This document shows, piece after piece, positions 5,880 through 16,186 of a stretch of DNA of 56,825 bases. This DNA is from a virus (taxonomy: Duplodnaviria; Caudoviricetes), in the IMG/VR virus record IMGVR_UViG_3300032323_001295, positions 1 through 56,825 of that record; one strand, 5' to 3'. How positions within the stretch are numbered: position 1 is the stretch's first letter; each line of letters starts with the position of its first letter. Position numbers and translations under genes: made by a program. The notes beneath the pieces are model-generated. The model did not search any database, had not been told where the DNA came from, and saw nothing but the letters and a program-made list of their open reading frames with translations.

Positions 5880-7505
5880 ATGCCTTTACAGATTCGCAGA
5901 GGTAATAACGCCGAAAGGCAACAGATAACACCGGCGGCCGGCGAGCTAATCTACGTCACTGATACCAAGGTCGTATTTATTGGTGATGGTACCACACAGG
6001 GTGGTGTTCCAGTAATTAACTACAGCTCAGGAACTATCAAAGACTTAGCTGCTGAAGTTTTTACACAAGGTGTTCATAACGGGATTTCATTTACATATGA
6101 TTCAGTAACCAACAGAATCAATGCTAATGTCGAACCAGACCTCACAAACTACGAAGGAACTATTGGTGCTTCTGCATTTAAAGGTTCTTTCTTTGCTGAT
6201 GATTCCACAAGATTATTAAACGGTATTGACGGTAGTATCAATTTAAATGGTACCGTAAAAACTAATGTAATACCAGGAACAGACGGAGATTACGACCTAG
6301 GTAATCCAACATTTAGATTCAATGAATTGTATCTAGCTGGCCCAGCTTTATATTTGGGTGCTGCACAAATAGTAGCTTCAGGTAGTGCAATAAATCTACC
6401 TGCTGGTTCAACTGTGGCGGGAGTGCCAATTGGTACTGGTACAGGCAGCGGAGACGGTGTTGTTGAAGGAAGTAATTATAGAATTAATATCTACGGTCCA
6501 GACAGTACATTGATCGTAGATGCCGATAACGGATTCTTACAAGGTGACCTGCGTGGTTCAATCCAGGGTAATGTATTTGGTCCTGGAGACAGTGCTTTAA
6601 TTTTAGATGCCGATACAGCTACACTGTATGGATCTTTAGAAAACTCTAGTTTAAGTATTACGCAGACAGGTGCGATAATTGGTAAACGAACCTTTAGTGG
6701 TATTGACAGTCCTGTAGATATCGGTACTAGTACTACACCTAGCACATTACAGATTTTTTCTACTCAAAGATTAATCCAAGGTTTTGCAACCACAGACGGA
6801 ACACGTACAGGTGATATTGAGGTTAGTGTATCTAGAGGAACTATGTCTTCGCCTGTTATTGTACAAGCTGGAGATACATTGGGTGGTCTAAGATACGAAG
6901 CTCATGACGGTGGGGATTATCAATTTGCTAGTCAAATTAACTTCCTAGTTGATCCAAGATCAACACCGAGTGCAGGCAATATCGAATCTATGGTAATGAT
7001 CGATTTTACCCAGAATACAGTTGCTGGTGATAGATCTTTTGTGTTTGATGGCAATGGAGATTTTCATGCTCCGTTTTCAGTTAAGACATCAGTTAATTCT
7101 TTAGGTGTTTATGATCTTGCAGATCCAACAACAAAAATATTCACAGTTTATCAGGATCGTACTGCTACTTCTGGCGACTACACACAAGTAGCCACCAATG
7201 CCACTGAAACTGAAATAGTTTTTTCTTATCCTAAAGCAGATTATATCGGCGGAAAGATTATGCTCATAGTAAAGAATGGAACCACTGGTGGAACCAGCAT
7301 TACTGAACATAAGATAGTTAATACCACTTCAGCAGTATCGGATTTGATCATCGGAGCGATGCTTACAACTGGAACTGCACCTATCGCTGGTATTGTAACT
7401 CAAGTTGGTGCAACTAATGTAGACATTGGATTTGACACTTCTGCTACTAACACCGCTGGCGATGTGTTATCGTATAAAGCTGTAATTGAATTATTTACTG
7501 CTTAA
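5880..7505 (+). CDS. virion tail-fibre-like structural protein
   Basis: N-terminal LQIRRG...GELIYVTDTK..IGDG (Mtd/hyaluronidase N-terminal-like); G/T/S-rich; DDS and YDLG..LPAGSTV modules shared with 53516; TAAATA at 5838. Confidence 0.75.
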   Translation: MPLQIRRGNNAERQQITPAAGELIYVTDTKVVFIGDGTTQGGVPVINYSSGTIKDLAAEVFTQGVHNGISFTYDSVTNRINANVEPDLTNYEGTIGASAFKGSFFADDSTRLLNGIDGSINLNGTVKTNVIPGTDGDYDLGNPTFRFNELYLAGPALYLGAAQIVASGSAINLPAGSTVAGVPIGTGTGSGDGVVEGSNYRINIYGPDSTLIVDADNGFLQGDLRGSIQGNVFGPGDSALILDADTATLYGSLENSSLSITQTGAIIGKRTFSGIDSPVDIGTSTTPSTLQIFSTQRLIQGFATTDGTRTGDIEVSVSRGTMSSPVIVQAGDTLGGLRYEAHDGGDYQFASQINFLVDPRSTPSAGNIESMVMIDFTQNTVAGDRSFVFDGNGDFHAPFSVKTSVNSLGVYDLADPTTKIFTVYQDRTATSGDYTQVATNATETEIVFSYPKADYIGGKIMLIVKNGTTGGTSITEHKIVNTTSAVSDLIIGAMLTTGTAPIAGIVTQVGATNVDIGFDTSATNTAGDVLSYKAVIELFTA

Positions 7506-9053
7506 TTTTTTAAGTAACGGTTGGAAATAGTCAGCAAAGACTGTATCACGAAATAACTGGGGGAAATCGATAGATTCCCTCAGTTTTTTTATCTCTGCTG
7601 CGGATAGGTCTAATAATAGTTCTCTATCTCGCAATCTATCATCATTGAAAGAACTAAGATAGAAGTCACCTCGACATTCTCTAGGCACTAATGTTGGATT
7701 GATATCGTCGACGATATTCTGCGCTTGATCAAAACTATTGATATCTGTGTCGTCATCTTTGCGCCACTTGAAATAATTTTCCTCTGGATTAGGAAAATAA
7801 TAACCGTACTTGCTGTAATTTCTATCAATCTCACTCATGTACATGTACTTGACTAAATCGTGATTACCAATTATGCTGAGTGGAAACATATTGGCTAGGT
7901 CAACTGGACAGTCTGCTCTTCTAAAGAATTCTGCAGCCTTATAGATCGTATCGGTGCTTTCATAGGGCAGTCCTACTATAATGCCGGCAGCGATATAACT
8001 TCGATCGCCCCAGATGTCTTTACATTGATAGATAGTATCTACTAATCTTTCGCTGGCCATACCCTTGCCAATAAACTTAGCAGTCTTAGGATTGAATGTT
8101 TCTAATCCAAAGTAAGTTTCAGCGATGCCTGCATCTTTTAGTAATTTGATCTGTTCAGGATGTGCCGCTAATAGATCAGCACGTAGGTAACACCAGAACT
8201 TTAATTCAAACGGAAGGCTCTGGCTAATATCAGCAAACATCTGCATCTTCTCTGTGCTGTCATTGAATGTATCATCTACAATAAAGTATTTGGTAGTACC
8301 CCACTGCTCGTAGTTTTCTATAAGTTCTCTACGGATAACATCGGGATGTTTGAGATAGTCTGCGGTCTTTTGTCCTATTAAAGGATAAGAACAATAGGCA
8401 CATTTAAATTTACAACCTCTGCTGATTTCTAAATTAAGAGTTTCTTGCGGTTGTATAAAATCCCAATCAGTATATGCTGTGGTGCTAGATCTAAAATCCC
8501 ATACCGGATTGTGTGCTTTACGATCGTGATCTACAATACGACCTAATATGCGTCTATTCTTTCCTGAGAGGTTGTCTAAGAGATCTATAGTTTCAGTTTC
8601 GCCTATACCTACTATAATATGATCTACTGGAGCATTGAGATAGAAATCTATTTTTGCTCCACCTATGAATGTTCGTGTTTTTGGATTACGCTGTTTGACA
8701 TAGGATAACCAAGGATCATATTGATCTTTAGCAAAGGCTCCTATGAGATTGCTTTCAGTCAATCTAATTTCATCAAGGCCTTCTCCACCTTCGCCTGGAT
8801 TACGTGTGCGAACTCCTACATCGGGAAACTTATAAGGCATCCATGTAGTAGAATAACCCACAGCTAGAGTATCTTTACCTATGGCTAGATCTAATATATT
8901 GGTATACAACGACCAATCTAAAAGAGAACTGAAGTCTATTACTAGACAAGAATAACCATTGGCGCGGATATGGCTAGCTAATCTATGTACTCCGTAGCCT
9001 CTAGTTTTAACATCAAATTGTACACTATCTGCGAATAGTACAACGTTAAACAT
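7491..9053 (-). CDS. cobalamin-binding-domain radical SAM enzyme (class B-like)
   Basis: EISRGCKFKCAYC (CxxxCxxC); DDTFN; FGLET; N-terminal IGGA..DHIIVGIGE B12-domain-like. Confidence 0.85.
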   Translation of the reverse strand: MFNVVLFADSVQFDVKTRGYGVHRLASHIRANGYSCLVIDFSSLLDWSLYTNILDLAIGKDTLAVGYSTTWMPYKFPDVGVRTRNPGEGGEGLDEIRLTESNLIGAFAKDQYDPWLSYVKQRNPKTRTFIGGAKIDFYLNAPVDHIIVGIGETETIDLLDNLSGKNRRILGRIVDHDRKAHNPVWDFRSSTTAYTDWDFIQPQETLNLEISRGCKFKCAYCSYPLIGQKTADYLKHPDVIRRELIENYEQWGTTKYFIVDDTFNDSTEKMQMFADISQSLPFELKFWCYLRADLLAAHPEQIKLLKDAGIAETYFGLETFNPKTAKFIGKGMASERLVDTIYQCKDIWGDRSYIAAGIIVGLPYESTDTIYKAAEFFRRADCPVDLANMFPLSIIGNHDLVKYMYMSEIDRNYSKYGYYFPNPEENYFKWRKDDDTDINSFDQAQNIVDDINPTLVPRECRGDFYLSSFNDDRLRDRELLLDLSAAEIKKLRESIDFPQLFRDTVFADYFQPLLKKLSSK

Positions 9054-10665
9054 TTTTATTTTTTCTTAGTTTTTCTAACAAAGGCTCGAAGTAGTCTTTA
9101 TTAACTGATTCTATGTATAGTTGTTCGAAATCTATAGACGCAACTAATTGTTCGTACTCTTGTTTGGTCATGTCTATAGTACGCTCTCGATCTTTTAATA
9201 TAGGATGATCAAAAGAGCTGGCATAGAAATCTCCTCGTCGAGTGTTTTGATAGGCCTGTAATTCTCGATAGCTTTCGTCAGCTATTTGTTGCGCTACGTC
9301 GAAGTTAGGAATATCAGTATCGTCATTCTTTTCCCAATACAACCAACCTTCTATACCATCTCTGGGAAAGTGATATCCGTATTGTTCGTAATTGTTGTCA
9401 AACCAACTGGTAGGAAACCATTGATTGCGTTCGCTTTTCTTAACAATGTTTAGTGGATATACTGTAGATATATCTAGAGGACAATCATCACGTTTAATCC
9501 AATCCACAGTTTCTTGCCAGCTGGCGCGAGTTTCGTGTGGCAGGCCTATCATAAATCCACCCTCAGTCCATACACGATCGCCCCAGACTTCTTTAGCTTT
9601 GTACAGTGTATCTTTACGACGGCTGCTGCTCATACCTTTACCAATGGTCTTAGAACTTTTATCATTGAAAGTTTCTAAGCCAAAAAATGTTTCTGCTACA
9701 CCTAGCTCTTTCATTAGTTCTATCTGTTCAGGATTCGTAGCTAATAGATCTACACGAGTATAGCACCAGAACTTGATCTTAAAAGGCAAGTCTCTTACTA
9801 CCTTTAACATCATTTCTAATTTTTCTGTGCTATCGTTAAACGTATCATCCACGATAAAGTATTTGGTAGTACCCCATCGTTCCCAATTCTCATAGAGTTC
9901 ATCTCGAATGATATTAGGAAACTTAAGATAGTCGTTTACATTCTTTTGACCGATGAGAGGGAAGTTACAGAACGCACATTTAAATCTACAGCCACGCCCT
10001 ACTTCAAGATTAAGTGTTTCTTGAGATTGTATAAAATCATATTCTGTATACTTTGTAGAGCTTTCTCGAAAGTCCCATGTAGATGCATGTGCCTTACGAT
10101 CGTGATCAATGTATTTTCCAAACAAGCGTTTCATACCGCGACCACTAAGGCTGTGCAATAAATCTATAGTCATAGTTTCAGCAATGCCAAATATAACATG
10201 ATCTACATTTTGCAGGTCCATGTAGAAGTCTGCCTTAGCACCACCTAACACTATTTTAAGTTTAGGGTTGATCTTTTTAGGATATAACAGCCATTCTTCT
10301 ATTTCATCTTTGGCGAACTTAACCACCATATTATCTTTACGCCAATCGTATTTTTCTTCTTTGCTATTACTGAGTTCGTGTTCAACTCCGATATGATGTC
10401 CCGGAATTTGATTGGTAAACTCCCCGGGTAATTCTGGCCAACGATAGGGAAACCAAGTAGTGGAAAAACCTATCATATAAGTTTCTGGACCTACAGCTAG
10501 ATCCATGATTTCTTTGTATCGGTCAAAAGTAAGACCAGAACTAAAATCAATAACTAGGCAGGTGTATCCGTTGGCACGAATATGGCTGGCAATCCGTTGT
10601 ACACCATAACCTCGTAATTTATGATGTGGATATGGTGCGTCGGTAAATAGTATCACGTTGAACAT
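9046..10665 (-). CDS. cobalamin-binding-domain radical SAM enzyme (class B-like), paralog of 7491-9053
   Basis: EVGRGCRFKCAFC; near-identical blocks WGTTKYFIVDDTFNDSTEK, KFWCY. Confidence 0.85.
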   Translation of the reverse strand: MFNVILFTDAPYPHHKLRGYGVQRIASHIRANGYTCLVIDFSSGLTFDRYKEIMDLAVGPETYMIGFSTTWFPYRWPELPGEFTNQIPGHHIGVEHELSNSKEEKYDWRKDNMVVKFAKDEIEEWLLYPKKINPKLKIVLGGAKADFYMDLQNVDHVIFGIAETMTIDLLHSLSGRGMKRLFGKYIDHDRKAHASTWDFRESSTKYTEYDFIQSQETLNLEVGRGCRFKCAFCNFPLIGQKNVNDYLKFPNIIRDELYENWERWGTTKYFIVDDTFNDSTEKLEMMLKVVRDLPFKIKFWCYTRVDLLATNPEQIELMKELGVAETFFGLETFNDKSSKTIGKGMSSSRRKDTLYKAKEVWGDRVWTEGGFMIGLPHETRASWQETVDWIKRDDCPLDISTVYPLNIVKKSERNQWFPTSWFDNNYEQYGYHFPRDGIEGWLYWEKNDDTDIPNFDVAQQIADESYRELQAYQNTRRGDFYASSFDHPILKDRERTIDMTKQEYEQLVASIDFEQLYIESVNKDYFEPLLEKLRKNKNV

Positions 10666-10691
10666 GCTATATTTAATGTATTGTTATCACC

Positions 10692-11381
10692 ATGAAAAAA
10701 TTTAATTCAGTACTGGCATTCGGAGACAGCCATGTGGCAGGCTGTGAATTATCGAATAAGTATTCTTTTGAAGATTATTCTTCCGGACGTATTACTATTG
10801 AGGAAGCAGACAGCCCTGGCAAAGATCTAGCGTTTCCTAAATTAGTTGCAGATCGGTTAGGTATTCCCTGCCACAACTATGGTATGACCGGTGGCAGTAA
10901 CGATCGTAGTCTGCGAATGTTGATTAAAGCTGTTCAAGAATATCCCAACAGTCTTGTGCTGTTTGGTTATACCTGCACAGATAGAACTGAGTTTTATTAT
11001 CCAGATAAAGGAAAATTCCTCGGTAGAGACCACGAAGATTTTATACAGGTTGGATTACAATGGGAAGGAAAGATCAAAGGACGAATGCAACATCCTATCA
11101 ATGATCTATATGTAGAAAAAATTCTTAGACCCTATAACAATCTCAAAGATCTAATGTTTGTAGTTGATAATATCTGTACAGGCTGGGCAGTCGACTTCCG
11201 ACACTTGCCGCTGTTTCCTGAAGAACTACCAGAAATTGACAATGTTTTTAATTTCGAAGAACATAAGAATTATCTAGATTGGTGTGCTGCTCGAGGTTTC
11301 AAACAATTACCGTTCTTGCACTACGATCAACAGGCACATCAAACTCTATCAGATCTGATTCTTAAGGATCTAGGCGCATAG
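10692..11381 (+). CDS. SGNH/GDSL hydrolase-like protein
   Basis: AFGDSH block I; NYGMTGGSN block II; late His (FLHY). Confidence 0.65.
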   Translation: MKKFNSVLAFGDSHVAGCELSNKYSFEDYSSGRITIEEADSPGKDLAFPKLVADRLGIPCHNYGMTGGSNDRSLRMLIKAVQEYPNSLVLFGYTCTDRTEFYYPDKGKFLGRDHEDFIQVGLQWEGKIKGRMQHPINDLYVEKILRPYNNLKDLMFVVDNICTGWAVDFRHLPLFPEELPEIDNVFNFEEHKNYLDWCAARGFKQLPFLHYDQQAHQTLSDLILKDLGA

Positions 11382-12444
11382 CCTCTCTGCTACGGAATCG
11401 ATAACGTTCCGGCACAGTATCCCATAACATCATTCCTTTGTTTATAGCTGCATCCCTTAGCATGATCTGATGCAATAAATTTGTAATAGGTTTATTAGGC
11501 ACATAGTCACACCATGGGCCGCAGCGAAGTTCTTCTAGGTCGATGGTCTTAGGATCACTCCATTGTATCAATCGGTGATTGATTCCATTAATTTTAACCA
11601 TATAATGATATAGGTTATCATCGCCAGGGATTTTTTCCCATGTCCATCCTTTGCTGTCGGCATAGGCTTTTACTGCTTTAACATGGTCGCTAAGGTACCA
11701 GCGAGGTTCGTCGGGATTGCGACCAATATCGCTACCAGCTCTGATACGATACTGCCAAGATTGATTTCCAATTCTTTGTATTTCTTCTAACACATCAGGA
11801 ATGTGACCAACGTCTTCTAATGTATATCCTGTATAGTAAACAAATATTCCTACTTCGTTACAATTTTTAATACCTTCTAATTGTTTACGATGTACAGTAT
11901 CACCTTGATAGGTATGATGATTGAGTCCTATCATCACAGCACGACATCCAGCATCTTTGACTGCCTGCGCCCAAGCCTTGTCGGCGAATCTAACACCGTT
12001 GGTTAAAATAGTAACATCCTGATGCATACGATCTAGTCGAACTTGTAGTTCAATTATTTTACTGATTAATTCTGGAAGATCTCTTCTCAGTGTTGGTTCT
12101 GCGCCAGCGAGAATAACCGAACCAGCCTCTGCTGGCCAAGATTCGATTTGAGCTAAAATTAAATCTATGGGTTTGTCTGTTGCCGCATTTTCCGGTTCAT
12201 GATAACAATGTGGACATGCGAGATTGCATCTATCAGTTACTTCGATCATAATACCGCTAGGTACATCGTATCCGTAGGGATCGAACTCTAAGGTATTGTA
12301 AAATTCAGCATCTCGCTCGATCATATATTCTGTATCGCCATGTACTGGACATGTTTTTTTCATCCATACACTGCCGTCACGTTCAAACTTTTCAGCAGGT
12401 ATGTGTCTGTAACATTCTTCGCATAATGATGTTGTCATTGCCAT
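11362..12444 (-). CDS. radical SAM enzyme with N-terminal CxxC...CPxHG metal domain (MJ0619/Tes-like architecture)
   Basis: TSLCEEC...KKTCPVHG; EVTDRCNLACPHC; GAEPT; TNG. Confidence 0.8.
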   Translation of the reverse strand: MAMTTSLCEECYRHIPAEKFERDGSVWMKKTCPVHGDTEYMIERDAEFYNTLEFDPYGYDVPSGIMIEVTDRCNLACPHCYHEPENAATDKPIDLILAQIESWPAEAGSVILAGAEPTLRRDLPELISKIIELQVRLDRMHQDVTILTNGVRFADKAWAQAVKDAGCRAVMIGLNHHTYQGDTVHRKQLEGIKNCNEVGIFVYYTGYTLEDVGHIPDVLEEIQRIGNQSWQYRIRAGSDIGRNPDEPRWYLSDHVKAVKAYADSKGWTWEKIPGDDNLYHYMVKINGINHRLIQWSDPKTIDLEELRCGPWCDYVPNKPITNLLHQIMLRDAAINKGMMLWDTVPERYRFRSREAMRLDP

Positions 12445-12989
12445 CTTGGGTATTTTCCTAGTTCTTCATAAAATCGATCCGGCAATAGTTGCCAAACCGT
12501 TTGAGTTGTGCCTCTATAAAATAGGTCTTTCACTCTTTTCATCTGTCCAGTCTTTTCCATGGCAGGACCAAAAATCCTATGTACTAATCTTTGTGTGCCT
12601 GCATCGTTTTCATTACTGGTAATATACAAATCGCTGCCCTTAGGTGCCCACTCTATACAAGTCGGAATTAAAAATTGACTGGTAACGTGTTGGTGAGTAA
12701 CTATTTGATTAGCGGTACGCAGTGTATTTAACGGTAACAGATCAGTGAACACACATGTACGAGCCGCTATACGATAACTGTTCGGACCCATTTCGTCAAA
12801 CGAGTGTGCAGCCACTGATCCTACTGGAATTTTATTATAGTACAATATCCATACCTGTTTTTCACGTTCGTTGTTGAAACAATCAACTAGCATTTTTTGA
12901 CTGGCGTTATTAACAAATCCTCTACTTGCTGCTGTGGCGTAGAAATCTACTAAATCTAGATCAGGGGACCAAGGAATCACTTTATACAT
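12435..12989 (-). CDS. putative GNAT-fold protein
   Basis: 184 aa; WILYYNKIPVGSVAAH beta-hairpin pattern; no firm motif. Confidence 0.4.
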   Translation of the reverse strand: MYKVIPWSPDLDLVDFYATAASRGFVNNASQKMLVDCFNNEREKQVWILYYNKIPVGSVAAHSFDEMGPNSYRIAARTCVFTDLLPLNTLRTANQIVTHQHVTSQFLIPTCIEWAPKGSDLYITSNENDAGTQRLVHRIFGPAMEKTGQMKRVKDLFYRGTTQTVWQLLPDRFYEELGKYPRWQ

Positions 12990-13663
12990 TTTGCTTTTTC
13001 TATAAAATCTGCTGGATAATTCTTTCTAAAACTTTCCCAACATAATGTCTGTAGTAGATCAAATGGTTGAGGATCAGTCCAACTGATTCCCATACTGTCT
13101 GTTACTCGTTTCATTTCAGCCTGTCTTGTGCTGTAAATGTGACTGGTATGTTCTTCTATACTGATGTTAGGTTCATCTCGATGGTAGGTGAAAAAATAGT
13201 TTATACTTTTGAGATTTCCATCTACTATAAAGTAGCTACTAGGATGCATTGAGTATTTGTATAATCCTAGATTCCTATGTGCTTGAACAATGCTTAACAT
13301 TTGCTCTTGCCAATCAGGAAGTACGCTATCAAAATTTTCCTGTGTACATCCAGCACATTCCCAAAAGTCCGGACCTTGAACCTTTAGATATATTTTGCGT
13401 TCGGCGAAATTGATATCTAAGATTTCAGGAACTAAATTTGGATTGGTTTCAGACATCAATTTAAGATACTTTACTTCTCGATCAAACTTTTGTTCCATGA
13501 GAGCAGGATCAACGACTTCGTTTTGTCCTTTATGATATTCACCGTCATTGAAATACCATTGAACAAAAACTTTTTTATCGTCACTGATAAGGCTGGTGTA
13601 AATAAGATTGTTACGACACAGCCCATTTCCGGGTACATTATTATAGTAGTAATTATAATTCAT
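12977..13663 (-). CDS. protein-kinase-like fold protein (likely catalytically atypical)
   Basis: FDREVKYL..PEILD..YKYSMHPSSYFI..LKSINYF; paralog of 24458-25156; start reassigned to ATG 13663. Confidence 0.55.
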   Translation of the reverse strand: MNYNYYYNNVPGNGLCRNNLIYTSLISDDKKVFVQWYFNDGEYHKGQNEVVDPALMEQKFDREVKYLKLMSETNPNLVPEILDINFAERKIYLKVQGPDFWECAGCTQENFDSVLPDWQEQMLSIVQAHRNLGLYKYSMHPSSYFIVDGNLKSINYFFTYHRDEPNISIEEHTSHIYSTRQAEMKRVTDSMGISWTDPQPFDLLQTLCWESFRKNYPADFIEKAKCIK

Positions 13664-13702
13664 ATTGTAATTAGCTGAAAATTTAATTGAGAGAATCAAA
13701 TC

Positions 13703-14506
13703 GTGATTATAGGTATCAATAAACAACCGTATTTTGACATGGAATCATATCTGGATATGAATCAATTTGATCTTTTGCAACCAGAGATCATCCGTGGGTT
13801 TGCAGAAGCTAGAGAGTTCGCCAAAGAAGGAACATGGATGGCTCCGGGTTTTACGTTTAAAGATATGAGTTATCTAGTACATTGGAAACCTATATATCAG
13901 GCAATGCAAGAATTTCATAATTTACCCGACAGCGACCCGATTAAACAAGCAGGTATCGATCTGTATAGAGATTTTAAGAATTATAAAATTCGTAATAAAT
14001 TTACACGATATTTAAAAATGGCAATGGGTGCTTATGATCCTTACATTTATTATTTTCTGTGGGAGGAAGGTTCTTGGGATGATCGAACTGCTCCTCGCAA
14101 GCTCACCGAAGAAGCAGCACACTTTCCAGAAACTGTAAAGTGGGTTGAAAACTTAATCACGGAAGGTATCTTTGAACATATTGGTCGAGTGATATTCTTC
14201 CATTGCGAAGCAGACGGTATTCCTTTTGAGCATCGCGACTTAGATGCTAAGAACGGAATGGACCAAACTTTCCCGCATCGCAATGAGTTTATACACATAC
14301 GTCCTAACACCAAGAAAGCTATGTATCTATGGGATCCAGAAAACAAGAACAAAGTATACCTTAACACTCGAGCTGCTTGGTGGAATGATCAAGACTGGCA
14401 CGGTGGTGAGCGTATTATGGAGCCAAGCTATAGCCTACGTGTTGACGGAAAGTTTACCGAAGAGTTTCGAAAGAAACTAGGTATCGATCACATTGAAAAT
14501 TACTGA
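13703..14506 (+). CDS. 2OG-Fe(II) oxygenase-like (cupin) protein
   Basis: HRD...WHG...R facial-triad pattern. Confidence 0.65.
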   Translation: MIIGINKQPYFDMESYLDMNQFDLLQPEIIRGFAEAREFAKEGTWMAPGFTFKDMSYLVHWKPIYQAMQEFHNLPDSDPIKQAGIDLYRDFKNYKIRNKFTRYLKMAMGAYDPYIYYFLWEEGSWDDRTAPRKLTEEAAHFPETVKWVENLITEGIFEHIGRVIFFHCEADGIPFEHRDLDAKNGMDQTFPHRNEFIHIRPNTKKAMYLWDPENKNKVYLNTRAAWWNDQDWHGGERIMEPSYSLRVDGKFTEEFRKKLGIDHIENY

Positions 14507-16092
14507 TTTTTTAAAACAGAATTTTCCCACTGCGCCGGCGTTAGATTATTAAACACATTTTCCTTTAGCCATTGATGATTATTTTTAGTTGATCGACTAA
14601 TAATGCTGTGACGTTTTTCTGTATCTAAGAAATGTAGCTTTGCTAATTCGTAGGTATCGTCTTTGTTAAGATTGTACCATTTACTAGTGTCTACGCCCAT
14701 GTGTATTGCCCACTGAGCCCACATATACTGTGGAAACATAGTATATCCTTGCAGAGCAGACTGCATGGTATTGTTCACATGCTTGTATTTTTCATAAACT
14801 AAGTCAATGTGATTTTCTTTCTTGCCTAGTTCTCGCATTTCGTTCCACATGTCGCTGTCATTTCTTGAACTTAATGTGTAGTGTACTGAAATAAAATCTG
14901 CAATATCGTCAATAGAATATATCATTATTTCATTGAATTTTTTAAAATCAAAATTTTGTGTTTCTTGATATCCAACGATTACATCATACAATCTTCTAAT
15001 GCTATTAATAATAACAAACAGAGCATTTGCTTCTAGTGGTTCAACGAACCCGCCACTCAATCCTATTGCTACTAGATTGCTGTCGCCAATTTTTTCTAAT
15101 CTGCATGGGTTCCATTTAATCAATCTCGGTTCGCGTCTACGATTTTTAGTATATTCATAGTATTGATCTAATGCTTTGCTGTCATCAAGAAACTTAGAAC
15201 CATAAACTAGCCCGCATCCCATTCTATGGTATACACCAATTTTAAACATCCAGCCCGATTCTTTGGCAGTGCTCTGAGTATAGTTAACCATTTCGGTTTC
15301 CGGATCATCATAATCTAACTGACAAACCCAGGCACGATCGGCAACTGCATTTTTATAAGGCACTTCTTTCCAACCTAGTGCCGATGATAGTAGTCGTTTG
15401 AATCCTGTAGCATCTAAAAATAAATCAGCGATAAATTCCTCGCCGTTATCTGCTACTACAGATTTGATTTTGTCACCGTCTACTTTTACTTCGGTAACCA
15501 CAGCATCAACATGTCGTACACCGTTTGGTACAGCCACACGATCTCTTAGAAAATCTGCTGTTTTATCTGCGTTGATATGCTGTGTCCAACCAAATGGAGC
15601 ATTGAGAATGCACTCCTTGTCTATAAAGGGTGCTACATTTTTTTCCATGTAATAGTATTGACTATTAAAATACTTGTCAAACTTATCAACTTCTTTATTA
15701 TTGTATAAACTAAGAAAATAATCAGTGGTCAGCGAATTACTGCTGTGTGGTAGATCTAGAGGACTTAACGGTTTGTTGATATCCTTGTAAAGAAACTTTG
15801 CATCTGTCGGATAGTTAAAACTGAAATATTCGTATTCGTTTTTATTCTCTTTCCATCCACCGAACTTATTAGCTAATTTGTAGACTGCGCCAGTAGCATT
15901 CATCCATTCGTGGGTATCAAATCCTAGATCTTTAAAAAATTGTGCAACGTGCGGCGTTACTGATTCGCCCACACCGATGCGAGGTATTTTACTAGATTCA
16001 ATTACCGTAATTTTGCAATCTTTTACAAATTTAGAATAGTAAGATGCTGCCATCCAGCCCGCAGTACCGCCCCCAACTATGAGTATCTTCAT
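14500..16092 (-). CDS. flavin-dependent tryptophan-halogenase-family protein
   Basis: GGGTAG; IGVGES; YKLANKF (PrnA K79 equivalent); DATG; FVEPLEA. Confidence 0.9.
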   Translation of the reverse strand: MKILIVGGGTAGWMAASYYSKFVKDCKITVIESSKIPRIGVGESVTPHVAQFFKDLGFDTHEWMNATGAVYKLANKFGGWKENKNEYEYFSFNYPTDAKFLYKDINKPLSPLDLPHSSNSLTTDYFLSLYNNKEVDKFDKYFNSQYYYMEKNVAPFIDKECILNAPFGWTQHINADKTADFLRDRVAVPNGVRHVDAVVTEVKVDGDKIKSVVADNGEEFIADLFLDATGFKRLLSSALGWKEVPYKNAVADRAWVCQLDYDDPETEMVNYTQSTAKESGWMFKIGVYHRMGCGLVYGSKFLDDSKALDQYYEYTKNRRREPRLIKWNPCRLEKIGDSNLVAIGLSGGFVEPLEANALFVIINSIRRLYDVIVGYQETQNFDFKKFNEIMIYSIDDIADFISVHYTLSSRNDSDMWNEMRELGKKENHIDLVYEKYKHVNNTMQSALQGYTMFPQYMWAQWAIHMGVDTSKWYNLNKDDTYELAKLHFLDTEKRHSIISRSTKNNHQWLKENVFNNLTPAQWENSVLKNQ

Positions 16093-16146
16093 TTAAATTT
16101 CCTATAATTACCACATATTTACACAGGACAGTAACGGCGTAAAAAA

Positions 16147-16154
16147 TATAAATA
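16147..16154 (+). promoter_or_regulatory. T4-type late promoter TATAAATA (divergent partner TAAATA on minus strand at 16116-16121)
   Basis: Exact T4 gp55 consensus in the intergenic gap between divergent genes. Confidence 0.6.
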
Positions 16155-16186
16155 TACAGCAAGAGTAAAAATCTTAAGGAATAAAC

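Noticed and set aside
5880-7505. Diversity-generating retroelement target (Mtd-like N-terminus)
   Set aside because: No reverse transcriptase or TR/VR repeat pair seen in the window
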